Assembly: GCA_013239625.1 (NCBI GenBank)
Contig: MU054041.1
Location: 62,001 to 126,000 of the forward strand
DNA length: 64,000 bases
Source of the DNA: Lama guanicoe
Taxonomy: Eukaryota
Reading direction: 5' to 3'
Shown here: piece by piece, positions 26,365 to 40,319 of the stretch
How the letters are laid out: the number at the start of each line of letters is the position of its first letter
Numbering within the stretch: position 1 is the stretch's first letter
Position numbers and translations under genes: made by a program
The notes under the pieces: generated by a model
What the model was told of the DNA's origin: nothing
The model's input: only the letters and a program-made list of their open reading frames with translations
Database searches by the model: none

Positions 26365-26965
26365 TTTAATAACTTACTATATATACTCCAGGCAATATTT
26401 ATATACTTTACTTTTATTAATTCATCCAAGTCTCACAACTACCTATGATTAGATTTGAAAATTGAGATTCAGAGAGGCTAAGTGGCTTTTCCAATATTAC
26501 AGCTTATAAGTGGAAGAGCTAAATTTTAAAGTCAAGCAGTTTCTGCAGAACCTGAAGTCTTAACAACTGGCTAGGGATACTACAAAAATTAAGTAAGTGA
26601 AGTATATAAAGTGGTTAATAGAGTGGCTACCATAGAGTAAACACTAAATAAATGTTATCATAACTAATATTTAAGAAAGGAAAGCAATGATCTAAAAAGC
26701 ATAATCCCTGATCTTGGTGAATATTCAGATTTAAATGAGACAAGGTAGTATCACATGAAGCATACTTAAAACATAAGTGAAAAATAAAAGATTCATCTAA
26801 TCTTGATCAAACAGGTCATATTAACTCTATGTTAAGAATGAAAAGCCAAGGTTTATAAAGCTTATGTAATATACTAGGAGCACACAGTTTTTAAGTGTCA
26901 GACCTTGGATTTAATTCTAGTATAATCTGAATTCAAGTCTAGGGTTCCTTCTCTAATTCCATGCT
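26365..26965. mobile_element. Cluster of MIR SINE fragments
   Basis: MIR core gaaaattgagattcagagaggctaagtggc and further MIR-like segments. Confidence 0.65.
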
Positions 26966-28186
26966 CAGCAATACTGTTTCACCACCAGCAGACTGTTACA
27001 AAAGAAGACAGAATAGACATCCACACACAGAGACAAATGCATAACCACACAAAATTCATTATTCCAGCTTACCTCTCTCTCTGTCAAAGAATCATTGTAG
27101 ATTCAATATGGTATAAAAGCGTGTATGTGGGATACAAGAGGGTGAGATCTGTTACGATTACTTAGTATGTCATCAAGTAAGGAGCTTACGCTAGAAATGC
27201 ATGTGTAGTCTGCATGATAAGAATGATGCCAGTCATATTCTGACATGGAAGACACCTTCTCATTCTCCATCCCCAAATGCCTTTCTTTAGGTGACTAGTC
27301 TAGGGTTTTGCTGAATTTGCCAGGTTGGAAGTCCTGGTACATTTTCAAAGTAGATGATTTACAATTTTGCTTCTTTAGGACAAAACTCAGTTGACATGGT
27401 AGTGGCTATCATTGGCACTAGAGTTCCACCAGATTTTGAGTTCTTTAAAAGTAGCACCTGCATTTGTCTTGCTCCATTTCTAGAAGAATGCCACGCCCAG
27501 AAATGTCCTCAATAAGTATTTCGTCAATGGATGAATTCAGGAATGAATGAATCTAGGGTCTCAATCTAAATCTCTAGATACAAGATTGTCAACATTAGTG
27601 TAGGGTATAGATATATGCTTTAGAGACAAAGATGGGGTGTGCACAGGTGGAAAGCAGAGTGGTGGCACTGAACATGAGCAGCATTGATGCCTCAGAGGAT
27701 CTGAAGAATGTTTTCCTGCTTATAACTCAGATAAAAAATTTCTAATTTTTTGAACTGACTTACTGCAAATTAATTGCCTTGTATGCATTCTTGGGATACT
27801 AGCGCATTCAGGATCTATCCCTAATAGATAATGATCAACTAGGAAAGTTCTGGTATCATTGTATTCATGGGTGGGTGTGAAAAATAGAGGAAATGGAAGC
27901 TCTGGTTGCTAGAAATAACGATTTCCTGCTTTCAAGGGTAGAGAAACTTACTAAAATTAAATTCTACTAGGATGAGTTACAAATATATGCTGTGTTCTTG
28001 CTAGAAAACATAACACAGAAGTATTATTTTCCTACATGGCTGATCCTTTTCAGTTGGTACTTGGTCAATCAAGGGTGACACAGGATGTGGAAACCTTGAA
28101 TGACAGGACTCATTGAACAAGGACACATTGTTGGCATTACAATCAGATATCAGCTCCTCCCGCCTTACACACTCAATTTGGATAAT

Positions 28187-28477
28187 TTTATGGATCTTGT
28201 CAATAGCAGGAGCAGATCCTGGACTTGTGGGGTCTTGAGCTACTACAGTTTTGGACTCCTTTTTCAGAAAAATAAAACAAAATTATGACTATGATAAGTA
28301 TTCTCATTTTTTAGGTTAGAGAAGCAATTGTAGAAAATTATACATATCTCACTGTTTTACAAACATATATGAGTATATGTACACATTGCTAGGGTCCTTT
28401 CCAGGGCTGCACAAAGTGTCCTTCCTAGGAGAGTATGAAGTTTAAGCTTCGTTTGCTCATGGTAAATCCATCTCTCA
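28187..28477 (+). mobile_element. hAT-Tip100 element, MER115/Zaphod-like, internally deleted
   Basis: 5' caggagcagatcctggacttgtggggtcttgagct and 3' gaagtttaagcttcgtttgctcatggtaaatccatctct. Confidence 0.7.
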
Positions 28478-31400
28478 GTAAACAAGGCCCATCAACAGTG
28501 TCCAGTCACACTTTCCTATTACTGGGATCAATGATAAGTTGGACTAGATAGAGCAGAACTTGAATCCTACAAATCTGACCACTATTCCTGGGACTGAAAA
28601 GAATTTTCAAGTGGATATGACATATTGACTGTATAGGCCATCCAACTAAGAAAAGAGCTTGCGATGATGTTAAGGTGAAAATATAAACCTTGCCCAGCAT
28701 ATGTTTTATAAACCATGTGCTTGAACAAACAGTAGGCATGACATTTGAACAGTTTTGTAAAGCTACACCCCTGCTACTAACACAAGATTTCTTCTTTCAA
28801 AACACTGAGATTTTGCAGAAGTTATTGATTTGTCTATTCTATTATCAATAAGCCACACAACTCCAGAATTCAGTCATGTAGAGTCATTTGCATTCGAGAG
28901 TTAGTGAAGATGTAATTGCTTTTACTTCTGGTGTCACACTATTAAACATTGCTCTTCATATCTGGCCTGCTCCCCCTCCTCTCCTCTATATCCTAGATGT
29001 CTCAGGAGGATAAATGTATATTTTACATTGATTTTGATCAAATGGCTTTTGCCCTGGGGAGTATTAGATGGCGAGGTCACTGCAGCAATTATACAGCAGT
29101 ATTCCCTCAGCAGACCTTTCATCTACTTGTAATATAAAATCAATAATGTCTAAACAAGGACTGAGATGGCATTTTAATGTTTTCCAGAGAGCATTTAGAC
29201 ATCTGAGCTGCCTCAGAAGTGGTTTCAAGATCCATTTTGAAAATGGGAGCAAAAAATCTTCTCTATGCCTTGTTTGTATCCTGAAAATACACCTTTCTAG
29301 GTAAACAGATTTATCTAATTGTAGGATTTATAGTCTGTGCTAATAAACTTCAAGCAAACTGTTGTTTGTATTTGTCATTATAAATGGAAGATGTGACACT
29401 AATCTTGCAAAACAATATTCTTTACACAGAGAAATGCATAATTAAAAATGCAAATTTTTCCGCCACTAATTTTGAAATCTATTTCACTAAGATACAGTAA
29501 ACTAATAGCATATTTATTTGTTTTGCATCACACATTCAAAGTTTAAAATGTGGACTGTATTCAGAGTTTAGTGACAGCTTTTATAACATCCTTTCTACAG
29601 GATTATTTATAACCCTGAATTACTCTTTGCTATGAATTATGTAAAATCAGGTTATATATGAGATAAAAAGTTTTCATTTATTTTTTTCATATGACAAAAA
29701 CCTAAGGGAATCATTTCCTAAGCTATCTATATTCCTAATTACTTAAAGAGAAGTAATTTCTTAACAGAACCTTCTTGAAACCATTTCATCAAAACGACAG
29801 AACATTAGACCTTTGTGATTAATGTTGGCATCAGTTTCATCATGGTTAGCAGACATCCTGTGTTATGCACAGGAGCACAGAATGATGCCTAGGAAGTAAA
29901 CTGAAAATAAGCTCAGATGGTACTTCAAGCCAGTGACCTTTCATTGAGCAGGGTTACACTGACATGCTATAAAAGGCACAAAACTCCTCCGAGAAGCCCT
30001 TCATTTCAGTCTGTGCAATCAAATGACCCAATTAATGCTTTGACTCATGCAGTATTTTTAGATGCTATGTAAGCAGGTCAGCTTGTTAAACTAACTTACC
30101 TCTGTCAAGCACATCATTGTATCACAAGCCAGTGAATAGATAAAAATCAGCCACCTATAGCTCTAAGGAATTATTGAATCAACTAAACCACTGGCATATC
30201 ACAAAGAAATCACTTCTCTCTTTTTTATAAATACTACATAACGTTTTCTATAATCCTTTACCATTGTCATATCACTCTATTCATGAGACTTACAATGAAT
30301 TAATGAAGTCCTAATGATACAAATTCCTAAAGCTACTCAAAATCACCATACAGTTGGTTCTTCCATACTATAAAGTTTATCATATTTTTAAATGTTTATT
30401 CACATTTGACTTTGCTGTCTATGTAGAGACCAGTGATTAAGATCCTTCCAAACCTATAGGTTTGAAATTTTTGAAAATGATATGATACAAAAAAAGTCAC
30501 TTTTAAGCTTTTAGCATTTCCAAAATGCCTTATTATTATCTCAGCCAAGAATTTAAGTAGTGAGAATATTTGTATCAGCACTATACTGGGTAAACTGTAT
30601 TAATATTTTCATTATAAACCATCAAGTTGTTAGTGTCTATCAACTATAATTTTGTTTTATAACATCAAACTGATTAAATGATTTTTCTAAGGTTATCCAG
30701 TAAAACTGGTCTTCTAGGCCTTAATTTTCCTGCCCAATTAAAAACATGACTCAACTTTTGCAAATGAAAGTTTCTAGAACGATTTTTTAATACCCTTACG
30801 AAACAACTACCAAGATATCCCATCCATCTACCCATCAACATGTATCTATTTACCATGTATTGATCATGCACTGTAACAGTCATATGCTAGAATAAATCAA
30901 TATCTGCTTATCTTGTATTCTTTCTTAACTTCTTCCTCTAAACCATTATTGTCTCTTTGTATGCAGCTGTCTCCTGTTCTTTGCAGGGTACTCTTGGTTA
31001 ATCAGAACTATATCTGCAATACTGGGATTGATATAGGTACCCTAATTTTTGAGAGACCTTTAAAAAACAGTCTAGAGCAAGATAATATTAAGTCCACATG
31101 TTGGAATTCACCTAATCAGCATATAATAAAATATTTCTAGGGAAGCCAAGGGTAAGAGGAGATAAAAGTTATTTAAAAGACAGTAATTGAAAGCTTGTCA
31201 TGTTAGAATGAACTTCAGCATGGCTCAAAAACTTAATCAGAAGCTCTCAGAGTATTTCAGAGAGGAAGAATGTGACTCAGTAAAAGACTGAAGGTTAAAA
31301 CTGTAACGGTATAGTGATTTTTAAAGTTTCATAAATAATGTTGAATCAGTAAGTTATTTCAAATTAGATTCAAGCTTAATAATATTTAGAAGTGAGTCAA

Positions 31401-33344
31401 ACCCCCCAAAACTTGAAAGGTTGATGAAAGTCTGCTTAAGAACCTACGGAGTAAATATTCCTTGCTTATGAAACTTACTCTATGCACACCAACATTTCTA
31501 CACTGTAAAATGGTGTTATACCGTAAGTAGTTGCAATGTATGTAAAGAGTCTATAGTTTTCAAGCAATACCTTTTTCACCTTCTGAGCTTTTTTAACTGT
31601 TGAGTAAAACTGGCAATTTTCCATAGCGTTAACAACGCATTTGTTAACATGCAGGTGGATGGCGAGTTATTTTCCACCTAGGGCGATATTATATGCCATC
31701 AATTACTATGCGATACATGGTACTTTGAAAGCTACAAACATCAATGCATGGCATTCATATCAAAATACATTGCAATAAAAAAAAACCTGGAGTGGGAGGG
31801 TCCACATGTTGTCCTTGGATGGAAGGATGCACATAACTGCTATGAAGAATTTTCTTTCTATGAAGAATATGCATGAAAGAGTTGAACCAAAGACCAGTTC
31901 CAGTTGACCACTGGACTGTGGGGTTCCTAAGCAATTCCATTCTGATCCAGGAGCTGCAGTTCTTGGTCAAACTGAGCACTATCAGTCAGAAAAGAAACAG
32001 GAAGTAAACGTTGACCTCTTTTACATCCCTGTCAAGGTATTATATAATCTTTTGCCGTCTGAGGATGATCCAGGAAAAATTAAGCATTTAGGATAAAATA
32101 AAGCAAGTTTCTGCATTTGATTTATAAAGCTGCATATGACTTGAATTCCATCACAACATTTTTATATTAAGAATTTTGAGGACCAAATATAATAATAGTC
32201 TTGAAAATATTAGAATACCATGAGATGCTTTCTAAAGAGTCCACAGAGAGTTTACAGATGTTGAAATCATGATTTTGACAATTTTAGCAGGAAACTATTC
32301 TTCCTTGTACAGTGTTTGATTGGGATGTCAAATAGAAAAATATAATAATGTGACATCATGTAGCTACAGACTACTGACAAGATATTTCACACAGTATAAA
32401 TTATAAAGAAAACAGTGCACTATAAATAGCCTTTCCCATGTGGTACTATTTGTTCTTTCCATGTGAAATTTGGCCCTTACAGATCTTACAGTTTGGAGGA
32501 TGTAGAACAAAATGAGAGAGATTGATTATATTTTTTGTACATCGAGGGAATATAGACTGAGATCTGGCCTGGCTGTATTCTTCCTGGATTTCTGATATAT
32601 CTTTTCTACACTGATGGATGACTATGATATACTTTGCTTATTGGATATAAATGAACAAATTTATGTTCCTGGCTAGCTGTTTGTGGATGCATTTTTTAGG
32701 ATTTATCAGATCCACTACAAGTCTAAGTACAGAAATATGAGCTAAGAGCCATAAAACCTTTTGTATGTATCTAATGCCATTTTCTCTAAATTTTTTTCTT
32801 GATAGCCTTCCTTTTATCCACTCTCTAAGAACATTACTCTCCTATGTTCACTCAATTCACGTGAATTATGATTATGATACTTAATTATCTTCAGGTTATG
32901 ATACTCTTCCTGTCTCTCTTAATGCTTGAAACCCCTTGGGTGTGGGTGGCAGGCAGTATCTCTTTCTCTGATACGTACTTTGAAGTGCTTGGTGATACTC
33001 TTTGGACATCTTGTACGTTGACTGAAAAATCTGAAGGTGAGCAGTTGTGCAACCTGGTATTATCTAAATACTGCATGGAATGTATTACCTGCTAGGATAA
33101 TCATAATTCCTAGTATCTGAATAAAGTATAAACATTTAGATTAAAAAATATAGATATTTAGCTACATACAGCTGGGAAGGTATATTTTAGAAATTTTAGC
33201 TGTTTGGTATCTTAGAGTTTTGAAATTTCTATCCCCACATTTGGTGAGACTGACATTTAAAAAAAGGAGGGTAGGGATGGCTCTTGTGATGTTACTAAAC
33301 TTACTATATATATAGATATAGATATATAGGAAGCAGATCATAAA

Positions 33345-33650
33345 AGTGGTAAACAGAGGCAGAAGAGTGACATGGTATCAGAAGGACTCAGCTCTCCTCT
33401 GCTAACCTTGAAGATAAAGGAGAGGGGCTATGACCCCAAAAAAGGGCATATGCTTTAGAAGCTGGAAAATGTAAGGAAACAAATCCTACCCAGATCTCAC
33501 AGAAAGAAAGCAGCCCTGGCAACACTTTGATTTTAGCACAGTTAAGATCTGTGTCAAACTTCTACCTACAGAAATGCAAAAATAATAGATTGTGTTGATT
33601 AAACCATGTGTTGTGGTAATGTGTTACAGCAGCCATGAAAAACTAATGCA
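33345..33650 (+). mobile_element. MaLR LTR 3' part (MLT1D-like)
   Basis: ttagaagctggaaaatgtaaggaaac...cagccctggcaacactttgattttagc...gttacagcagccatgaaaaactaatgca. Confidence 0.85.
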
Positions 33651-33699
33651 CAAGTCAAAGAACTAATCTGGAAGCTGAGTAGTGATAGATAAGTACCTA

Positions 33700-35540
33700 C
33701 ATGGAGCAAGAGTACCCAAGCATTAGTTCATCAGAGAAGATAAGATGCCTTTGGAAGCTATATAAGCAAGTAAAAGATTCAGCTATTATTTTTTTTTAAA
33801 ACAAATTACCAAAGGCTGAGTATAGGATAACATGAAAATCTGAAGCCCTAGGGTGCTACAGACATGGAGGGACTTGTGTGTTCTTTCAGGCTTTCTCCTG
33901 CACAAACTTTACAGGCAGCCACACAGGAGATAGGAGGAATGCCAAGGAACTTCCTTCTGTAGTACTAGCTTTCGGAGGGGAAAAGCATCTGTGTTGAAAT
34001 TTGACCAAAACCCAACTTCCCTATTTCTCCTATGGAAGGAAAGTTTTAATCTGCAGGAGGAAGAGCAACAAAACCTATCACCTTAGAACACTGGTGGAAA
34101 CCCCTTGGAACTATATGCTATTTTCAAGAAACATTTTAAATATAAAGACAGATATGAATTAAAAGTGAAAGATGAGAAAGATATGGCATACAGACAAAAA
34201 GCAGAATAGATATATTAAATTAAGATGGAGTAGATTCCAGAACAAGGAATATAATCAGAGATAAATAGCAACATTGCATGATGATAAACAGATAAATTCT
34301 CCAAGCAGACACGGCAATCATAAATGTGTATGCACCTAACAATAGAGCTACAAAATAAATGAGGCAAATCTTACAGCTCTGAAAGAAAAAAATGGATATA
34401 TTCACAACTATAGTTGTAGAATTATTCAACACTCTCAATAACTGATACAGCCAGTAGAAAGAAAATCAGTAAGAACATAGGTGACCTGAACAACACTATT
34501 CACCAAATTAACCTAACTTACAGTCAGAAAACTTAACTGAAAGAAATCAGAAAACATACTGTCCAACACCAAGGCAAAAGAACTTTCATCAAAATAGAAA
34601 AAAAACGAATCTTAACAAATTTAAAAGAATAAAAAGTATGTCAAGTATATTCTCAGATTGTAACAGAATTAAATTAGGAATCAGTTTCAAAAATAAGTTT
34701 GGGCACAGTTAACACAAACAGATGGAAATCCAGAAATACTTTTTGTAAAATGACACGTGAGTAAGTGAAGGACTGAACACTGGAAATTTTTAAATGTTTT
34801 TTACTAAACAAAATGAAATTTAAAAATTTCAAAATGGATGCAGTTGACATACTGAGAGAGAAATCTATAGCACTGAATGTTTGTATTAGGAAAAAAAGAT
34901 TAGATTGGTTACTTTAGGGTATACCTTGAAAAACCAGATAAAGTAAAACAATAAACCAAAATAAAACAAAAATAAGTAAAATAATGAAGAATGATAAAGA
35001 AATTAATGAAATTTAGAACCAAAAGCACTAAAGAAAACCAATGAAAATAAAACATTTTTCAAAGTGAAAAAAAATATTTTATCTTTGAAAAGATGAATAA
35101 AATGGATATAACCATAGTTACACTGACCAAGAAAAACAAGACGCAAATTGCCAATACTGTAGTGAAAGTAGGGATATCTCTACAGTCCCCAGACATTAAA
35201 AGGAAAAGGAGTATCATGACCCACTCTATGTCCAAAAATTTGAGAAATTAGATGAAATGCTGTAATTCTTTGAAAGATATAGTTTATCAAAGACTAACCA
35301 AGAAGTAAATAACCGGAAAGTAAACTAAAAGTGATTTAATTTTAATTTTAATTTTAATGCAGTTTGTATGAAGGCCATACAAACTCTGTTGCAACTACTC
35401 ATCTCTGACATTGCAGCATGAAAGCAGCCATAGAAATGTCATAAATGAAAATCCAATGTAATCCATAAAAAGTGCCTTTAAGTAGTAAGTGAATTTAGCA
35501 AGGCTGTAGTATAGAAAATAAACATACTAAAGTCAATTAA
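33700..35540 (+). mobile_element. Old LINE-1 (L1MC-like) 5' and ORF2 endonuclease remnant, with a MER58 fragment at about 35370-35450
   Basis: aatgtgtatgcacctaacaatagagctacaaaataaatgaggcaaa (decayed NVYAPNNRA of the endonuclease). gttgcaactactcatctctgacattgcagcatgaaagcagccatag is antisense MER58. Confidence 0.8.
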
Positions 35541-35547
35541 CAAGTAG

Positions 35548-35920
35548 AGTGGCCAAGATGGCAGAGTAGGTAGATCTTAAGCTCACCTGCTCCCACAGGC
35601 ACATCAAAATTACAACTGTTTACTGAGAATTATCACGAAAACTCCCTGAAGATTAGCAGAAAAGACCTACAACTTAGAGATGCAAAGAAGGAAACACAAT
35701 GAGATGGGTAGGAGGGATATAAATGCATCATTCTGATACGAAAACCAGACAAAGAGATCAAAATTAAAAAAAGAAAACTACAGGCCAGTATCACAGTGAA
35801 CACAGATAAACATCCTCAACTAATTATTAGCAAACCAAATTCAATAATATGTTAAAAGGCTCATACACAATTATCAAGTGTGATTTATCCAGGGATGCAA
35901 GAATGGCTTGATATCCACAA
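35548..35920 (+). mobile_element. Younger LINE-1 5' terminus fused directly to an ORF2 segment
   Basis: ggccaagatggcagagtagg 5' end, then ctgatacgaaaaccagacaaag...gaaaactacaggccagtatc (LIPKPDK...ENYRPIS). Confidence 0.8.
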
Positions 35921-37355
35921 TATGGATACATTTTAAATGTGTTTTCCTAAGTGAAAGAAACCAGCCTACAATGCTCCACATTGCATGATTCTGTTTATAT
36001 GACATCCTAATAAGACACAACTACAAGGATGGAAAACATATCAGTGATTACCAAGAGCTGTAGAGGAGATAATGGGTTACTACATAGGGGGCCATATATA
36101 AATGAATATTTGGGACGTTGAAATTGTTCTGTATGATATATGGTGGTCTATCCATGACTATGTATTCATTAAGGCCCATAAAACCGTATACTATACTAGG
36201 TGACTTTTCCTGCCACACGATAATAAAAATCAACTGGGATGTCAACAGAAGTCAGGATGTGATCGAGATTATGAAAAGCAAAATAACTCTGTCACAAACA
36301 TATGACATAATTCCACTGAAGGAGATGGGGAAGAAAGTAATTGACCAAAATCACTCTGGAACAGTGTTTTATCTGGATACCATATGGTTAAAGACAAACA
36401 GTATATTCTAGTTGGTAATTTTGTTTCTCACAAGACTGAATTTTGGAATTCTGAGAGTAACTTACCTGTATATTATGGTTGAACAAATGAATAACAAGAT
36501 GATAGATAATGAGAGCTAAGTTTCTCACACTCAGAGAAAGAACTTACTGTACAAGTAAGTAAGGAGGAATACTAGAATGTACCCTGTAGTGTTGGGTTAG
36601 AAATGGAGAGATCAATATGAGGTAATGTTTAGCTATGGATAAATACAGAAATGCATATAGGTATGTGTTTAGAAATGAGTTAACTTACTTCCTGTGCTTG
36701 CTTTCATACATGTTCTCAAAATCTTTGATGAACTTTCCTCTAAGAGGTGGGCATTAATTTGCTTCCCTTTGTGTATGGGCTTGACTTAGTAACTCACTTC
36801 TGAAGAACAGAGAATGGAAAGGGAAAGCAGTAACTTTCATTGGAGAAACCAGACAGACACTACCTTAACCAAATGATGAACTTTAGCATCAAGTGTAGTA
36901 ACTCATCTTGACATCATGTACTACATGATGACAAGGACATTTCTTTTCTGTGATACTGTTCCCCAAATCCATAATCTTAGTCCAAACATGTGAAAATATT
37001 AGACAAACTCAATTGAGAGATATTCAACAAAATTCCTTAACAAAGTACTCTTTCAAAGTATCATGAAATACAGGTAGACTGAGCTGTCACAAACTGGAAA
37101 ATATGTTACAAATAAAGAAAATGCCTCCTGGAACAGAAAAAAAGATGAGTGGAAAACTGGTACAATTTAAATAAAGTCTGCATTTCATTAATAATATTGT
37201 ATCAATATTAATTTATTAGTTTTGATAGAAGCACAATTGTTATGTAAGATATTAAATTAGGGGAAGATGAATAAAAGGTGTACAGGAAACCTCGGTATTA
37301 TCTTTGCAACACTACTGTGAATCTAACAAAAATAATTTCAAAATAAATTTTAAAA
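35921..37355 (+). mobile_element. L1MC3/4-like long 3' UTR
   Basis: ctaagtgaaagaaaccag..., cactaccttaaccaaatgat, and an end tatctttgcaac...aatttcaaaataaa. Confidence 0.8.
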
Positions 37356-37364
37356 GGAAAAGGT

Positions 37365-37708
37365 GTATGTGGAATCCAAAAAAAAAAAGACAAATGAACT
37401 TATTTACAAAACAGAGGCAGACTCACAGGCATAGAAAAACAAATTTATAGTTACTGGGGGGAGGGGGGTGGGAAGGGATAGACTGGGAGTACAAGATTTG
37501 CAGATACTGACTTATATATATAGAATAGATAGGCAAGTTTTTTCTGTATAGCAGAGAGAACTATATTCAATATCTTATAGTGGCTTATGGTGAAAAAGAG
37601 TATGAAAATGAATGCATGTGTATTCATGTATGACTCAAGCATTGTGCTGTATACCAGAAGTTGACACAACATTATAAACTGACTATACCTCAATTAAAAA
37701 AAAAAAAC
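37365..37708 (+). mobile_element. Camelid-type LINE-1 3' UTR stub with poly(A)
   Basis: gacaaatgaacttatttacaaaacagaggcagactcacag...gggaagggatagactgggag...aactgactatacctcaattaaaaaa. Confidence 0.93.
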
Positions 37709-38619
37709 AAAAAGGGAAAAAAATGGTTTCAAATAGTCTATAATGAAATGAATGTGTAAAGAGAAAGATAAGTATCAAAACAAAACCAAAACAATAAATG
37801 GCAATAATAAGCATAATCTCATCACAATGCTAAACTACCTGGTGCCATGCTAATAGCAAACATGCAGAGGATTGTAATTCGGTATAGAAGAGAAAATAAT
37901 ATTGTATTGAAAAAGCACATGTTTCTTTAGTGTTATCAGACTATTGGGTGTAATTGATTTGACACGGTCAATTCATTTACATTCATGTGATCATCACCAT
38001 TTGAAACATTGAGAAAAAGTTAAGATTAAATCACTGGCACACAAAAAATGTTTGACCTGTTTTCACAGTTAAATACTAAGTATGTTAAAACAGAATACAT
38101 GGAGAGTATAATAATTACTATCTGTGATGGTCATTTTGAGTTTACATGGTACTCAAGAGATAATTTCAAAATTAAAATACCTATTTAATTTGTAAAATAT
38201 TTCACTGAAGATTTTAAACTGAAGCACAATTACTAGTGTCAAAACAATGGGAAAATTTCAAATGCTTTATGTGAAAGGATTTTTAAAGGATTACAGGTTA
38301 AACCTCAGAGATAGTGACAACACTGTAAAACATCATAGTATATAAATACCAGTGAGAGAATTCTTTTTATGAAATTTTCACTGATAATATATAAAGTATG
38401 TGTATAACCTAACTAATTTTCTTCAGTAATGAAGTAATGACTTGTTTTTATTAATTGTAGCCTGCTTTAAAAAAAAATTGTGGACCTTTGATATTCTTTC
38501 TATGTAACTAAGTTATATGTGAAAGAATTACAGATTAATTTTTGAAATATTTACAGATATCTTGGGTTGACTGTTATTTAGGCAATTCATAAATATTTCA
38601 CGTTAAAGATAAAATATTT

Positions 38620-39270
38620 CTATAATATACAGAAACCCCAGAAGAGTCACATCTTAAGAGCAGAATAAAGTTAATCCTAAAGGATAAAACTTTCAAAATC
38701 AAGTCTTAAAAGAACAAGTCAATCCAAAAGTAATTAAACTACCTAAAAGTAAAATTTAATGATCTTCAAAAAATTCAGTTATATGACACATAATATCTAA
38801 CACTAAATAAAAATTATGAGACATGTGAAGAAAATGTTACCATTAACCGAAAAAGCAAAACGAAACAAAACATAATAGAAATATATCCCAAAATTTCTTA
38901 AAATGATAGAAATAGCAGAAAAGAATTTTCAAAAAGTTATTACACATATGGTCAAAAACTTAAAAGGAACCTAAGAAAGAGAAAATATAACAAAAAAAAT
39001 AGAGCTGATAGAGATAAAGTATCCAAAACTTAAAAAGAGAAATAATCAGGTGGGCTTAATCACAGGTTGGACACTTTAAAAAGACACATCAATGAATTTA
39101 GAATTTTCAATGAGTAACGTTAACAATAGCATATTTATTTGAGGGAGAAGTGAGGCTGAACTTTAATCTCATATAATACATAAAAGTTAACTCAAAATAG
39201 ATCACAGACCTAAATGAAAGATCTTAAACTGAAAACAAACTTATCAAAGAAAATATATGAATATATGTCT
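38620..39270 (+). mobile_element. Ancient LINE-1 fragments
   Basis: A-rich ORF1-like text, and aactcaaaatagatcacagacctaaatg from ORF2. Confidence 0.55.
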
Positions 39271-40319
39271 CAAATAATTGTCTATAATTCAAATTTAACT
39301 AGACTTCCTCAATAGCTGCTAAATCTGGCAAGCCTGAGTTTATGGTTCTGAGTTACATTCTGTATATATATATATATATATTTTTTTTCCCTTGAGGAAA
39401 ACAGTATTTTTCAATCATATAAAACCCTTTCCAATTGTCAGTCAGGAGATATTTTAAACTCATTTCTATCACTGAGGAAATGAAGATTTGTAGAGATTAA
39501 GGATTTATAGAGATTAAGGAATTTGCTTATCAGTATATACATTTATGTGACAGAATATGCAAATAAATATCTAAGTGACTCCAAAAGAAAACACTGCTTT
39601 CTTCAAGACAAAAGTATATGTGTATATTTATATGTAATTGTTGGAGAAATTAAGAAATGAACTCATCAGAAGATACTTATAGGACAGACTTAAAACTGTT
39701 TCCTGGAAAATGACCATTACAGTTACAAAAATGTATAGCTAAAGCTCATTTGATAAATTTTAAAATATATTGAAATAATCAAAAATAAGATTAAAATAAG
39801 AGTAGAGGAATAAAAAATGCACAAACAGTAAAACGGTATATCTAAACCCAATCATAATAATAATTAATTTAATTATTGGTAGAAAAAGTATTAAAAGAAA
39901 TAGTCACAATGGATAAAAGTGCAACAACATTATGAAAAGACAGGTGACATCTCCATTTTTTGCCTTTCTTTTTTCTTTTTTTTTTTTTGGTGGGGGGGGG
40001 GCAAACACCATATTTTTCCTGTACTTGTGAAAAATGAGGAAAAGATATTAAGCAGGCCATAAATTCACTTCATTAAAAGCAACCTCTCTATTTTTAAGAG
40101 TTAAACAGTTCCCTACAATAAAGTGTAACTACAAATAGCATCACTAAGGTTTTTAGGTAAGTTCTTATACTTCTTGAATAGTATTAAGTTTTCTTTTTAG
40201 CAGACTGGCCTATTACATTTTTAAGTTAACTGTGATCTAACTCTCATTTGCTTTCCTCCTAATCTGTTCTTTGTGTCTCTTTTTTCTTCAATTTGATATT
40301 TTTAAAAAAAGAAACAACA

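Noticed and set aside
29055..29080. CTCF-like motif tattagatggcgag (similar near 31652-31686)
   Set aside because: The CC at the start of the core is missing, so the match is too weak to call.
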